64,000 nucleotides of DNA from Eledone cirrhosa (taxonomy: Eukaryota): assembly GCA_964016885.1 (NCBI GenBank), contig OZ024764.1, positions 10,168,001 to 10,232,000 of the forward strand, written 5' to 3'. How positions within the stretch are numbered: the first letter of the stretch is position 1; each line of letters starts with the position of its first letter. Positions 63,150-64,000 of this stretch are shown here, in pieces. The notes under the pieces are model-generated. The model made no database searches. It was given only the letters and a program-made list of their open reading frames with translations, and had not been told where the DNA came from. A program made the position numbers and the translations under genes.

Positions 63150-64000
63150 AATGAAAGATCACAGCTCTGATACTATGGTTATGTGGTTAGAATGTCTCAG
63201 GTAAGAATCTCCAAATTGAGAGATCACAGCTCTGATACTACAGACATGTGGTTAGAATGTCTGAGGAAAGAATCTCTGAATTGAGAGATCACAGCTCTGA
63301 TACTACAGACATGTGGTTAGAATGTCTCAGGAAAGAATCTCTGAATTGAGAGATCACAGCTCTGATACTACAGACATGTGGTTAGAATGTCTCAGGAAAG
63401 AATCTCTGAATTGAGAGATCACAGCTCTGATACTACAGACATGTGGTTAGAATGTCTGAGGAAAGAATCTCTGAATTGAGAGATCACAGCTCTGATACTA
63501 CAGACACGTGGTTAGAATGTCTCAGGAAAGAATTTCTGAATTGAGAGATCACAGCTCTGATACTACAGACATGTGGTTAGAATGTCTGAGGAAAGAATCT
63601 CTGAATTGAGAGATCACAGCTCTGATACTACAGACATGTGGTTAGAATGTCTCAGGAAAGAATCTCTGAATTGAGAGATCACAGCTCTGATACTACAGAC
63701 ATGTGGTTAGAATGTCTCAGGAAAGAAACTCTAAATTGAGAGATCACAGCTCTGATACTACAGACATGTGGTTAGAATGTCTCAGGAAAGAATCTCTGAA
63801 TTGAGAGATCACAGCTCTGATACTACAGACACGTGGTTAGAATGTCTCAGGAAAGAATTTCTGAATTGAGAGATCACAGCTCTGATACTACAGACATGTG
63901 GTTAGAATGTCTCAGGAAATAATCTCTGAATTGAGAGATCACAGCTCTGATACTACAGACATGTGGTTAGAATGTCTCAGGAAAGAATCTCTGAATTGAG
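63150..64000. repeat. 65-bp tandem repeat, inverted orientation, runs off the window
   Basis: Reverse complement of the same unit, about 13 copies. Confidence 0.92.

Overview
Eukaryotic, AT-rich, repeat-dense animal DNA. The SINE/LINE families and (TA)n load look like an octopus/coleoid genome (inference). Three spliced protein genes can be rebuilt by hand with GT-AG introns and consistent phases: (1) the last 5 exons of a KIAA0753/moonraker-like gene (+, <1..8560); (2) a complete 6-exon UBE2T CDS (-, 26788..14412, 195 aa); (3) 23 exons of RBM19 (-, >62848..29642, 756 aa in window, N-terminus beyond the right edge). An intact tRNA-Ser(UGA) lies between RBM19 and UBE2T. Introns are filled with tRNA-derived SINEs, RTE and CR1/L2 LINE 3' ends, MITE- and Helentron-like elements, and many minisatellites, several expanded from internal pieces of those elements. 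The least ordinary signal is a set of short, probably Penelope-like retroelement remnants that carry type I hammerhead ribozyme motifs and often form long fold-backs. One has all three stems fully paired (44892-44971). Another lies on the UBE2T sense strand about 250 nt past its stop codon. No CRISPR or prokaryotic system is present.
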